Origin: Eledone cirrhosa
Lineage: Eukaryota
Reading direction: 5' to 3'
Assembly (NCBI GenBank): GCA_964016885.1
Contig: OZ024756.1
Location: 27,094,001-27,158,000 of the forward strand
DNA length: 64,000 bases
The notes beneath the pieces are model-generated. The model searched no databases and was not told where the DNA came from. It saw only the letters and a program-made list of their open reading frames with translations. This document shows positions 12,959-25,889 of this stretch, one piece after another (position 1 is the stretch's first letter; every line of letters begins with the position of its first letter). The position numbers and the translations under genes were made by a program.

Positions 12959-13702
12959 TAAGCGTGAAACTAATACCTTTTGTAAGTTGTACTCCTGTGT
13001 TGTTGTTGTTTTTTACTTTCCTATATACTTATATATATATATATAAAGGATTGTGAAAATATGATGTTTGACATTCATACATTAGTCTTCAGCCCAGCTC
13101 GTGAAAACGTGAGATTTGGTATTTATACATTGATTCATTAGTATAATCTTCAGGACAATTTCTGAAACTTAACCCCTTTCTCCCCATAAAACCCCATATT
13201 TTCCTTGTTGAGTGCTAGTGATTATTTACTAAACAATTAAAATTTCAATTAATTCTTAACCTCCTGTAATGGGATTGTTGATTCAAATGTTTGTAATGTG
13301 GAAAGTGATATATGTAAGAAAGCTAAAACAATTAAAAATGGACGGTAAGATGAAGGCAACGAAAAAGTTAGTTACCCAGTAATATTTTTTTTTCCCATCC
13401 TAATATTTTGGGACTTAAAATTCCCTTCGTCAGAGTATAAGGAACAACCAGAGAAAAACGTTCCGGTCCATTCGCTTTGAAATTAGATTTAAAATATTTG
13501 TGTTTTTCCCAGTGGACAGATCTTGGTGAAAATTTGCAGTATGACATTATAGTGATGATCATGCTGGTGGTACTGATGGTGGTGAGAGTGATGGCATAGG
13601 TGAGGGGTGGTGATATTCATGGTGATGTTGAAAATGATGATGATGGCAATGATTGTAATAGCAGTTGACAAAATCTTTGTCATAAAAGGAGGGCATACTA
13701 AC

Positions 13703-13805
13703 CTGCAGAGCTTTACGCCCAATTGTAAGGAAAGAGATTTGATTGGATGCCTGATTCTGATTCTGGTCTTTATATCTGATCTTCTTTTGAAGCATTAGGT
13801 AACGG
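13703..13805 (-). CDS. ITPR: ITPR-like exon (RYLMLQKKIRYKDQ...GRKALQ)
   Basis: tccag/gttagt, 103 nt, phase 2-0. Confidence 0.82.
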
Positions 13806-14114
13806 CTGGATAAAAGGGAGAAAAACAGAAACATTATATATATATATAACTTTGATTAACTTTGATAGGTTTCAGCCAGTATTGGCCCAGGCCATGTCTA
13901 ACTTAATAGCACAAATATATATATATGTATATATATATATATAAATATATATATATATAAGGAGATGCCTGGACATTGGTGGTAAATATGTTATTTATAT
14001 TGTTTAATGCATTCTGAATAAATCAATACAGAGAAATATAATGGAACATCTTACTGTACTGATCGAAACATTCGTAAATCAATTAAATAATTTAATGTAA
14101 TGGCTATTTTATTC

Positions 14115-14162
<48 letters not shown>

Positions 14163-14296
14163 GGGAGGGTTTTTTTTAACAAAATGAAAAATAACCGAGG
14201 TGTCCTACACGAGTGAAAGTATAAAGAAAAAAAGATGAAATCGAAAATGCAACTGGAGACTTATTTAAAAAAAATATATATATATTTATTTGGTTC

Positions 14297-14332
14297 CTTT
14301 ACCGGTTTCGCAGTTCTTCTGCTTTTCAAAAG
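14297..14332 (-). ncRNA. Hammerhead-like motif with U3:A8 core (inverted copy 14412-14447 +; third copy 56551-56586 +)
   Basis: CTT TTGAAAA GCAG AAGAA CTGC GAA ACCGGT A AAG. Confidence 0.6.
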
Positions 14333-15704
14333 TAGAGTTGAGATGGAGGGTCTGTGGTTTTTCTCACATCTGAGATATGAGAAAAACCACAGACCCTCCA
14401 TCTCAACTCTACTTTTGAAAAGCAGAAGAACAGCGAAACCGGTAAAGGAACCAAATAAATATATATATTTAAAAAAAAATAAGACTCCAGTTGCATTTTC
14501 GATTTCATCTTTTTTTCTTTATATATATATACATATATATATATATAATTTGTTTATATATATATACACATCAAATTTTATTTCCTCTTTCCAATATAAA
14601 GTGTGAAACTAATAAGACTTTTTATACCTCTGTTTCTTGTCTCCTTGAACTATATATATATATATATATATGAAAACAGGGAGAAAGAGACGATTATTAG
14701 GAAGAAAAATATATTTTTTTCCTTTATATACATATAGTTATGGGTAGAATCAAAAGAAAAGAGCAATCAACACAATGAGGAAGTAGAATATTTAGAATAA
14801 CAATTTGATTTAACTCCGCACTATCAGTGGTATTAAGTCGATTACACATAAATCTTCAGATGCATTTAGGTTTCGGGCCAATAATCTTCGTTATAATCTA
14901 TGTTTTAAAAACATAACAATAATGACAAAATAAAACAAAACGGAATAATCTTTTTAAAATAATTAGCTAGAAAAAGATAATTCTGACATATATACTTTCA
15001 TAACTATTACATACATGAAGATATATAGATATACGCATATAGCCATATAGACATGCACACATACTATATATTATCCTAAATACGTGCAATACATGCAGTA
15101 CAAACACACAGATAGACATGCACGCACACACATATATATATATATAGGGCATGGCTTAGTGGTTAGAGCATTGGGCTTTTTGAATTACAGGTACAACATC
15201 TCTATATGACTGTTAGCTGAACACCCTAATCACTAAGCCTTTCCAATGCAGTGACAGTACTTTCAGCAAAATAATTGGCTGATACCGCCCATTACATTAT
15301 GCTATCATTTGTATCTGTATCTTCTTTTTGATACATCTTTTCATATTGTGCATATATGTATGGACCCATACCTCTTGGTTGTGTAGCAGGGGTGCTTTGG
15401 ATATTTAAAACCTGGTGGAGCCCATCTCAGGATTTGAATACAGCGCCAAATTTTTCTTTTTGAAGGAGTGAGAAAGTGTGTGTGATAAAGCGGAAGTGAG
15501 AAACGGATATGGAGGTCAGTACTGGACTAGTATTTTTTTATCACCTTTGAAAGGATGAAGGACAAAGTTGACCATAATGGGATTTGAACTCAAAGAGTGC
15601 AATCTAAGAATGATTACCACAAACCATTCTATCTGACGTTCTAACAATTCTACGAATTCACCACTTTACTATTGTTTGGCAGTCAATATATATATATATA
15701 CACA

Positions 15705-16380
15705 TCTTCTTTTCTTCACCCACTTATTACCAGCAGGTCCTATCAAAAGCAGCCGTCACCAACTGATCCGTCTGGATCCCTAAACAAGACCACCCAAGTT
15801 TATGGATGTTACCCAACCATCTTGCTCGGGGTCTACCCCTGGGTCTCTTGCCGGTTGGTTTTGCCTGTAAAATCTGTCCAGCGATTCTCTTCTAAGACAT
15901 TCTAACCATATGCTCATAGTATTAGAGCTGTGATCTCTCAATTCAGAGAAGTGGTAGCTCTACCTGGTGTGACTCTCTGATCTCCGAGCTACAGATCTGT
16001 TCAGTGATTCTTTCCTGAGACATTCTAACCATATGCCCATAGTATCAGAGCTGTGATCTCTCAATTCAGAGAAGTGGTAGCTCTACCTGGTGTGACTCTC
16101 TGATCTCCGAGCTACAGATCTGTCCAGTGATTCTTTCCTGAGACATTCTAACCATATGCCCATAGTATCAGAGCTGTGATCTCTCAATTCAGAGAAGCGG
16201 TAGCTCTACCTGGTGTGACTCTCTGATCTCCGAGCTACAGATCTGTCCAGTGATTCTTTCCTGAGACATTCTAACCATATGCCCATAGTATCAGAGCTGT
16301 GATGTCTCAATTCGGAGAAGTAAAAGCTCTACATGGAGTGACTCTCTGATCTCTGAACTTCGTACTTTACTGAGTAATCT
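15705..16380 (-). mobile_element. Degenerate RTE-like LINE 3' end containing ~4 tandem copies of a 123-bp unit
   Basis: Minus translation YYGHMVRM...GKRPRGRPRARW with stops; unit recurs at 15896, 16019, 16142, 16265. Confidence 0.8.
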
Positions 16381-16679
16381 TACTCCAAAGACACTTCAGA
16401 GGAACCCCATTTTGGTCGCTTGTATTTGCGATTGTATATAAATATATATAAAAAATGGATGGCAAAAAACAAAAATAACAAAGCATGCAAAGCAAGCAAT
16501 CCGCAAACAACCTGAAAGGTTAAAGAAAAGAAGAAAAGGAAAACGAAATGAAACCAAATAAGGAAGCATATAAATGAATAATAATTCAAGAGAAAGGAGA
16601 AAACAGACCCGAAGAGCTGACAGGGTTATATATGTATATACCATATTTAAACCGTAAAGAAAAACCAAAGATATATTAA

Positions 16680-16741
<62 letters not shown>

Positions 16742-16759
16742 CATACATATATATATTAC

Positions 16760-16790
<31 letters not shown>

Positions 16791-16862
16791 GCAGAGAAAT
16801 AGGGAAGATATGATGCAAACATGCACAAATTTAGATTAGAGTTATATTGAGTTTTTAATTAC

Positions 16863-16898
16863 CCATCCTTCCGGCGAGATTTTTTTTGCAATAACGAT
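16863..16898 (-). CDS. ITPR: Probable 36-nt cassette microexon (SLLQKKSRRKD), phase 2-2
   Basis: T-rich tract + ttcag acceptor, GG|gtaatt donor, frame-preserving, no stop. Confidence 0.55.
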
Positions 16899-17559
16899 CT
16901 GAACAAAAGTAAATAATAATAACAATAAGAACAATTAATGTAACTGAGCTTTCAAACTGTGACAGCATAAAATTTGATTGACTGTCTGTTAAAAATATGG
17001 CTGGCCATTAAAATCTTGTCAGACTGTTAAAATGTGACCGAATATTTTAAAATGGCATTATGTTTGATCGGATGTTAAAATGGAAAATTTTGTTTGTCTG
17101 TTAAAAATGTGGCTAACCATAAATCTTGTCTGACTGTTAAAAATGTGACCGAATATAAAAGACAATGGGACAGCATTAAATTTGATCGGCTGTTAAAATG
17201 TGATTGAACAAACAATTTTATTGAGTGTTCAATTTGATCAACCATTAGAAATGTGACCGTCTGTTAAATCTTTGATCATTAAATCTCTGACTGACCATAT
17301 GGTCGAAATATATTTATCGAACTCTAAAGTTGAAAGACAGAAAAGTAAAATAAAAGGCCCTTAACTGGAATTGTGTGGGCACTGCCCCGACACACATTGT
17401 GTCTTGGACATTTTAAATATGATGGAGCCCATCCCCTCTCTAGTTCATAACACAACTGAGAATGACAGAAAAACAGCAGTTTTAAAGAATTTCTCAGACA
17501 AAGGAAATAAAAGAAGATAGGAGAGCACAACATATGAAGTTAAAAAATTAGCAACTTAC

Positions 17560-17657
17560 TGTTCTTTGATAGAATTTGTGGAAACCTGCATTCTGTATCG
17601 AACTGCCATGAAGAACACTTCTTCTCTCGTAGACAGGAAGTAATCATACAAAGATTT
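17560..17657 (-). CDS. ITPR: ITPR-like exon (KSLYDYFLSTREEVFFMAVRYRM...)
   Basis: tttag/gtaag, 98 nt, phase 0-2. Confidence 0.92.
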
Positions 17658-18311
17658 CTAAAACAAAATGGAGAGAAATCGAATAAAATATTAACACTTT
17701 CATTAACAAATTTCCAATGGAAGACATTGCTTTTGATTTCCAAACAATTGTAGGACATATATATTGAATTTCATATATAATATGAAGAGTCGTAAGGGTT
17801 CTGTATTGACATACAGTGTTTCCTGGGCATTTTAAGCCTGGCAGAGTCCATCCCTCTCCAGATCTGAGTACAGCATATTTCTTCCAGATAAAGATAGAAA
17901 GAGAGAGAGAGGAAATGAGAAAGAGATATAGAGGAAGAATCGACACCAGTACTAGACTGGTACTTTTTTTCTTAACCTCGAAAGGATGTAAGGCAAAGTT
18001 GACCTTGGCGGAATTTGAACTCTGAGTCGGAATGAATACCATAAAGTATTCTATCCAATATTCTAACGCCTCTGCCAATTAGACGCCTATAAATAATATA
18101 CTTTATAAAATAAACATATTAGTAGTTACTATATTTGATAGTAGTGCTCTTCTACGGCCACTGTCTAAGTCCGTTAAAATAATTTGTGAATAATATTATA
18201 AGTGAGACATAAAAGAAAAATGATGATGAGGATGATGATGATTATGATGAGGCGGTGAAATGAATGAAGATGATGACGGGAAGATGGTGAGCTAAAGAGA
18301 GGAGAGCTTAC

Positions 18312-18468
18312 TTGCACATTGCGGTTTGCATTAAAGAGCATGATGACAATAAATGAGAGAACCTCTCGGATTATTGCCTCGCTCTTCCGGGCAAGATGTG
18401 GTAGCGATGTAATAATGGCGTTGTGTGAATTAATGGCGTTCTGAATCTCACGAATGTAGTCAGTTTGT
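18312..18468 (-). CDS. ITPR: ITPR-like exon (QTDYIREIQNAIN...MLFNANRNVQ)
   Basis: ttcag/gtaag, 157 nt, phase 2-0; resembles ITPR LLEGGNTTIQ. Confidence 0.92.
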
Positions 18469-18543
18469 CTGAAGAGAAATAAGAAACACAGGAAAGTGAT
18501 TTGAGAATGTTAAATACAGAATAGATACGTGGAAAAAGCATAT

Positions 18544-18746
18544 TTAAGCCTTTAGCATTCACATTACTCTATATCTACTATTGTATTTTCACAGTAAAGG
18601 CTTTACCTCACATAATTATCTCACATATCGAATCTATGAGATTTTGATGTTGTTTATTTTGAGAACAATACCTTAACATAAGTATGAGCAACCAGATACA
18701 GCCAGTTTGAACAGAAAGAGGTGAGAGAATTCTGCTAAAGGGTTAA
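18544..18746. mobile_element. piggyBac-type MITE
   Basis: TTAA flanks, CCTTTAGCA terminal inverted repeats; same family at 40026 and 44285. Confidence 0.75.
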
Positions 18747-19567
18747 TGTTTAAAATATTAAAAAAGAAAACACAGAAATAAACATACAGAAATAATTAAA
18801 ATATAGTCAGATACATGATTAAAAAAGCTATAATATTTGTGAATAGACAACATGGGATGTGTTATTGATGCCTTGTGACAAAATGAGATCTTTGTACATT
18901 AGCCGAAGTATTTGTTCATTTATCGATTGTAATAATTGCTGCCTAATTAATAAGCGGAAAGTATGGAATATACCATTGGGCATAGGAAATGATTAATTAT
19001 TTATGAAAATAAATTTATGTATTAGTGAATGTTTATGTTTATAATAGGGAGAAAAAAACTGAAGCTATAAAGCAGAAGCTGAATAATTTATTTGTAGTTT
19101 AAACATATACATATATTGAGCCTATGTTTCATTCATGCAACTCCAAAAATCTAAACTGTTATTCCATCTCAAGTATTAATCTATATACTACTAAAACTCT
19201 GTGGTTGTGTGCTTGTCTGTAATTTAATACAGCAAAAACGGTGCATGATGGGAATACAAATGGAATAAAACAAGTTTCGTGGACATTGGAACACGGGTTC
19301 CTGAGATATGGGGTTTTTCCGGGTACCTTTATAAATAGAGAGAGAGAAAGATAAAGAGAAAGAGATAGTGGTTGTGAGAGAGTAGATTTAAATTTTCATT
19401 TTATATTATGTATATGTCTGTATATATTTTAATTATTTAAAAATTATTTTTAAGTGAACATGATTTAAAAAAATATTTTTAAGTGAATGTGACCCAACGG
19501 GTCTAGTTTCATATAAAGGCAACATTTTAAAAGAATGACGATTGAACAATATTTTATATGGACATAC

Positions 19568-19726
19568 TTTTTTATCTTCGGTGTTGAAGAACGCGTCTCC
19601 CAATCTTCGGGAAGTTTTCTCTCATCATTCATGACAATGGCTCGCAACAGCTGCAGGCATTTGACATCCAGCTCCTCATTAGCTGCACATTTGGTTCGAC
19701 TTGATGTATGAGCTTTGATGGAAATA
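19568..19726 (-). CDS. ITPR: ITPR-like exon (ISIKAHT...LDVKCLQLLRAIV...)
   Basis: tacag/gtatg, 159 nt, phase 2-2. Confidence 0.9.
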
Positions 19727-20454
19727 CTGTATAATGTCATATGAAATAAAATAAAACACAAGATTTTAGATGGATGCATAGAATATGTGAAGGCGCATGG
19801 CCCAGAAGTAAGGGTGTTGGGCTAACGATTATAATGTCGTAGATTCGATTCTTGGGCTGGATTGTGTGTCGTGTTCTTCAACAAAACACTTCATTTCACG
19901 TTGTTCCAGTATACTCAGCTGAAAATGAGTATCAGCAATAGCTGGGAGGTTTAACTCTGCAATGAACTGTCATCCTGTCCAGGGGGAAGTCTTGTACTCT
20001 CAGTCACTTCTTGCCGGGATACTGGGATAAGCCCTGGCCTGATGAGCCAGACAAACTTAAGACAAACTTAAGACAAAATAATAATCTGATAATAGCATTA
20101 AATGAGGTTTCAGGAGATTCATCATAAATGGCCAGTAACTTTAGAGGGAGAGGAAATAGTCGACAATTAAATCGACCCCAGTACTTTACTGGTACTTTAT
20201 CTTATCGACCCTGGCAGAATGAAAGACAAAGTTAACTGTAGCTCATCATAAATGGCACCAATTACTTGCAGAGATAGAAGTGTTTACATTCATAGAATTT
20301 TAGCAACAATTCTACAATATATACTAGCCATTCATTTATAATATATACACATGCAGAATTTGCATATTTTAGTAAAGCCTTTTGTTCTACAGCTGTTATC
20401 ACTCGTCTTTACCAATGTGGGCTCCTGGCAAGAACTTTGTATAAGAAAAACACA

Positions 20455-20662
20455 TTCTTTATATATAAAAGAATATGTTTATATATCATCATCATCATCA
20501 TCATCATCATCATCGTTTAACATCCATCTTCCACGCTTGCATGGGTTTGGACACATATATATATATATTATATAAAAGAATATGATTATATATATATATA
20601 TATATATATTATATAAAAGAATATGTTTATATATATATATATATTATATAAAAGAATATGTT

Positions 20663-20693
<31 letters not shown>

Positions 20694-20743
20694 AAAGAAT
20701 ATGTTTATATATATATATATATATATATTATATAAAAGAATAT

Positions 20744-20781
<38 letters not shown>

Positions 20782-20790
20782 AAAGAATAT

Positions 20791-20840
<50 letters not shown>

Positions 20841-20890
20841 CATATATATAAAAGAATATGTTTATATATATATATATATAAAAGAATATA
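20455..20890. repeat. Compound repeat: TATAAAAGAATATGTTTA interspersed with variable (TA)n
   Basis: Unit seen ~8 times. Confidence 0.9.
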
Positions 20891-21574
20891 TATATATTTA
20901 TATATATATAGGAAAAGAGTCAGGACCCCTGTTTCGACAGCTAGATCCGAACTCAGAGTTTGGATCTAGCATTCGAAACGGCCGGAGCTCAGCCATATAT
21001 ATATATAAATACAAGTTAATATAAATTAATATATGATAAACACCTAAGTGTTTGTATTGTAAATGACGAAGTTAGCTAGAATGAAATCAACTAATTGAAT
21101 TAGTTGATTTCATTCTATTTAACTTCGTCTTTTCCAATACAAACACTTAGGTGTTTATCATATATTAATTTATATTAACTTGTATTTCACGGCTCAGAAA
21201 TGCTTCTTTGTTTGAGCTAATTAATTGTAAATGACTCTAAATATAATATGATTTATATATATATATATATACATATATATATCATAGCATGATTGACATT
21301 AATTACCTTTATGAAAAAAAAAAAAAAAAAAAGAAAGGTCTGGCATATATTCAATATCAATTATATAATAAAAGGCTACAATAGTCTTCTTAGATAATTT
21401 TAATAGTTTCAACAGCTGCTGTATACTTTGGGCCATAATCTGAAGCAAACTTATTCATAAAAAAGAAAAAGAAAGTCGACTGATAATCAAACCTGTCACC
21501 CATCCTATAATATATTTTAATTTTACAGCATCTACAGCTTGTTATAAACACATTTCTTGTGTATGGATTAAGCT

Positions 21575-22013
21575 CCAACATCTGGCAACTGACTTGGTAA
21601 ACACCTTCAAAATTATTAACCACCTTTCCAACAACAACCCTGAGCACCTTTTTGATTTCCATGTGTCTAACACACGTGGGCATGCCTACAAAGTCAGAAA
21701 ACAGCACAGCTCCTATGACTTTCAGAAACATTTTTTTCACGCTCAGAGTTGCTGAAGCATGGAACAAACTACCTGTATCAGTTATTAGCTGTCGAGACAC
21801 TGCATCCTTTAAAACCTCCATGCTTCCTGAGATTCGCCAACACTACACCTGATGTCCCCCCCCTCTATATACATGCACACATGTATTTCCTGACTCGTAC
21901 ACTGTTCATTTTCCTGACATTTGTGCATTATTCTATGTACTATAGATGTACCTTTGATGAGTTGTAGTGCACCTGAGCACCGTACACAATTTTATTATCA
22001 TTATTATTATTAT
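21575..22013 (+). mobile_element. CR1/L2-like LINE 3' end
   Basis: TRGHAYKV...HFFTLRVAEAWNKLP...FK motif, (TAT)n tail. Confidence 0.85.
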
Positions 22014-22247
22014 GTAACTCCTGTTGAGACATTTCTTGTGTATGGATTTGTAATTCCTGGTGACATTTATGTTTATGGACTCGTAACTCTTGATGGAGTT
22101 GTAGGGACACCATATTGATATACAGTGTTTCTATGGTCTTTTAAAACATAGCGGAGCCCATCTCCTCTCCAAATCAATTATATTGTTTGGTGTTCAAAAT
22201 AAATTTTATATCTAGTCAATATTTCAAACAAATCATTCAGTTCTTAC

Positions 22248-22386
22248 GCCAAAAGGTCGACCAGTTTCTTCGCCGGTGCATATCTCTTCGCTGGCTTCTT
22301 TTCATTCTGTGCAACAAAACAACGGACAAAACTTTGGAATTCATCTCCAAGTGGCAGTTCTTCGTCACCACCAATATTAGTGTACT
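22248..22386 (-). CDS. ITPR: ITPR-like exon (EYTNIGGDEELPLGDEFQ...)
   Basis: tgcag/gtaag, 139 nt, phase 1-2. Confidence 0.9.
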
Positions 22387-22658
22387 CTGCAAAAGCAACA
22401 ACAACAAAAATTTAAAAAACAACAAATCTAATCTATGTTTTTTGTTAGCTGTAGATCAGTCCCAATTCTTCACGACTACAGACGTTCCATATGTAGCCAT
22501 CCTGACTTTTATTTCTATATATGACTAGATTACATTATGTGTTCTTTTCGTTAAGATGATAGGGTGCAATATGAGGGAAATTTGGTTTATGTTTCTAGCT
22601 AGTCGAGTGACCATGTAATGGTTTTTTTTAGAGGTGTGTTTTTTAAGCAACGACTTAC

Positions 22659-22791
22659 CATTTTTGATGTTCTTACACTTGAGTTGAGCCGCCACTGTGT
22701 TGTGACCACTGTAGACAATCTTGCAGTTCCTGGCAAAAGTATGGAACTTCGCATTCAGTTCGATTTCAGCTGCGTAATATTCCATATTGCC
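22659..22791 (-). CDS. ITPR: ITPR-like exon (GNMEYYAAEIELN...GHNTVAAQL)
   Basis: taag/gtaag, 133 nt, phase 0-1. Confidence 0.9.
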
Positions 22792-23196
22792 CTTAAATCA
22801 GAAATCAATATTATTTCTAATATAGACACAAGGTCACAATTTCAATAGAAGGAATATTGAATTCAATCAACTCTCTGTACTTGACTGGTACTTTGAATTA
22901 TTGATCTCAGAAGATGAAAAGTATAATCAAACTCAGTGAGTATTTCCTCCGATAGTGTACTGTTAGAGAGTGCATTTCAATATTCTACCAACAGTAGATT
23001 ATAGTCATAGTAATACTAATATAGTTAACTAGTTTTGACACAAGTCAGCAAATACCTCAGTGCTTTACTGGTGCCTTATTTATCGACCCTGTAAGGATGA
23101 AAGGCAAAGTTAACCTCAACGGATTTTAACTCAAAATGTAAAGGGCCATAACTATGTTGCAAAGCATGGTGTCAGACGCTCTACCGATTCTGCCAA

Positions 23197-23472
23197 AAAA
23201 AGATTTGGGACTGTCATGAGATCAAGGTCATCCCAATTGTCATAGGAACACTAGGTACTATCTCAAAGAGTTTCCAAGGATGGTTAAAGAAAATTGGTCC
23301 CACTCCACTTTTTGGAACACTTCAAAAGGCATGCTTGCTGGGAACAGCAAGAACCCTCCGATACGTCCTGAATATCTGAGGCTGCAGATAGCGGCTTGAT
23401 GTTCATTTCAACAAACTTTCCAGTTAAATAACATCAATGACTGAGACTCAAAGAACAATAATAATAATAAAT
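23197..23472 (+). mobile_element. R4/Dong-like LINE 3' end
   Basis: VIPIVIGTLG...LQKACLLGTARTLR, ends in (TAA)n. Confidence 0.8.
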
Positions 23473-23474
23473 AA

Positions 23475-23662
23475 TTGTTTCTACTTTAGGCACAAGGCCA
23501 GCAATTACCCAGTGCATTACTGGTACTTTTATTTTATCGACCCCATAAGGATGAAAGGCAAAGTCAACCTCGGCGGGATTTGAACTCAGATCGTAAAGAA
23601 ACGTAACTATGCTGGAAAGCATGGCGTCCGACCCTCTACCGATACTGCCAATCCACCGCCCT
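23475..23662 (-). mobile_element. tRNA-derived SINE (further minus copies near 11305, 23035, 24610, 24815, 25697, 26271, 30603, 32487, 42753, 43635, 44632, 62612)
   Basis: Same family consensus recognisable at each site. Confidence 0.88.
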
Positions 23663-23701
23663 CATAATAAATAATAATAATAAATAATAATATTTTCTTA
23701 C

Positions 23702-23773
23702 CCTTCTTACTGCTATTTGGTCATCTTCAAAGCTTATTTCACTTGAAAACTTTTCCAAGATTCCAATAAGCAT
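23702..23773 (-). CDS. ITPR: ITPR-like exon (MLIGILEKFSSEISFEDDQIAVRR)
   Basis: ttcag/gtaag, 72 nt, phase 0-0. Confidence 0.87.
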
Positions 23774-24404
23774 CTGAAAAACAAAATGGATTCTAACATT
23801 GACACATGGTCAGAAATTTCGAAGGAAATGTGTCATTTGATTAAATAGACTCCCTCCTTCTGGCCAAATACTCCAAAGTTGACCTCAATGGGAATTGAAC
23901 TCTGAAGGCAAACAGCCGGGAGATGACTATGATTGCAACAACAATAATTTATTCTGTTATTATTGCCACAAGGTTGATCGATAAAGTAATATTATAGAAG
24001 CAGGTTTTAAAACACACGGGTGTTTATATTGAAATCAGATGATTGAAAAAGGAAATAAAAGAAAGATTTTATACATGGAATAAAAATATATGCTAGAGTC
24101 CTCAGAGAGGATAGTCCTTCTGAGGTACTAATGAAAGAAACCACTGTTAAAACGGCAAAAGCATTACCGTGGATAATGGCAAAAGAAACTCTCTGCAACA
24201 GCCACCTCATCTCACAGGGCTCCGTCAAGTGGGCCACCATCTTGCTGACTTTATGGAGGAAATCAGCAGTGCAGGGACCAAAAAGACCAGAAGTCTTGAC
24301 GGAGACTGCCGGTGCAAAGAGAAAGCAGTGGGTCAGGCCCTGGTCACCAAATTTAGATATCAGAACAAGGTAATTTTACCCTATAAAATTGTATTTATAC
24401 TCAC

Positions 24405-24509
24405 AGTTTTTGAAACACTTGAGGTGGCGATGACACTTGTTAACGATGACACCACAGTTTTCATATGGAATGGTTTGATAAGCATTGGACTGATGAGTTC
24501 ACAAAATGT
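24405..24509 (-). CDS. ITPR: ITPR-like exon (TFCELISPML...SVSKT)
   Basis: ttttgaag/gtgagt, 105 nt, phase 0-0. Confidence 0.87.
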
Positions 24510-25121
24510 CTTCAAAAGATGAGAAAAAAAAAAAAAATGTCACATTTTCTGATTTCACACCCAGTATATTGCAAAACAAATAAAAAGAAAATGAAGTACA
24601 TAAATTTGGAACATTTGGAATAAAGTCTGCAATTTTGACAGGAAAGGGAAAGTCGATTAAATCCATCCCAATGCATTTCTGTTGCTTTATTTTAACCGAG
24701 TAAGGAAGAAAAGTAAAGTTAACCTCGGCGAAATTTGAACTCAGAATGTAACTCGATGCCACAGCTCATGTTTGTCCAACGCTCTACCGATACTGCCAAT
24801 CTACTGCCGTAAATATTGGTTTCTGATTTAGGCACGAGGCTAACAATTTCTGTGAAGAGGAAAGTCGATTAAATCGACCCCAGTGCATTACTGGTACTTT
24901 ATGTTATCGACTCCGTAAGCATGAAAGGCAAAGCTAACCTCGGTAAGATTTGAAAGATCGTAAAGGGCCGTAACTCTATGCCACAAAGCATGTTGTCCGA
25001 CGCTCCACCGATACTGCCAATCCATCACACTCACTGCCGTAAATATTAATAAGAAAAAAACAATAACAGTAATGACTATGTTTGAAATAGATAGAAAGTA
25101 TAAAGGAAAAATGCAACTTAC

Positions 25122-25208
25122 CACAAGTCCTTTGGCGAGGTTTTCTGTGATAGTTACTTCATTTTGAAATAATGTTTTATCAGGCATATAGTAGAACATG
25201 TAGAACAC
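25122..25208 (-). CDS. ITPR: ITPR-like exon (VFYMFYYMPDK...AKGLV)
   Basis: gaag/gtaag, 87 nt, phase 0-0. Confidence 0.88.
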
Positions 25209-25889
25209 CTTCAAGTAAACAAATATATAAATACATACACACACATATATATATATATAGACCCCCCCCACACACACACACAATATATACATATATATAT
25301 AAGGGCAGTATGTAGTATGCATCTAGAGAAGCCCCCAGCCCACACTGTAAAGTGGTAATGATGGTGACATAGCAAAAAGCGCCCTGCCCACACCATAAAG
25401 TGGTTGTGTAGGTATCATGACAAAAAGCAGCCAGTTTAAAATCACAGATGATAGAATGATGAAAATGATACCTTTGTTATTTCAATATAATTTTTGTTAT
25501 TAATAAAATACTATGTACATTAAATACTAAATTGTTTTTAATGCTTTGGTGTGCAACTAACGGCCCACCCTATATATTAAAACCATTATTTCATACATAT
25601 ATTAAAAAGCAGCTTACATATTAGAAAAATGCTGATACCAAATTTACCGAACAGATTTACTTGATAAAATGCAATACCCTATGTATATAAGAATAATTGT
25701 TTCTACTTTAGGCACAAGGCCAGCAATTTGAAGGGGAAGGGAACGTCAATTAAATCGACCCCAGTGCATTACTGGTGGTTTATTTATCGACTCCATAAGG
25801 TTGAAAGGTAACGCTAACCTCAGCGGTATTTGAACTCAGAACATAAAGGGCTGTAACTCTATGCTGCAAAGCATGGCATCCGATGCTGG

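Noticed and set aside
16384-16511. Strong acceptor at 16512 and donor at 16383
   Set aside because: No frame fits flanking phase-2 junctions and it spans a TA-rich tract; left uncalled
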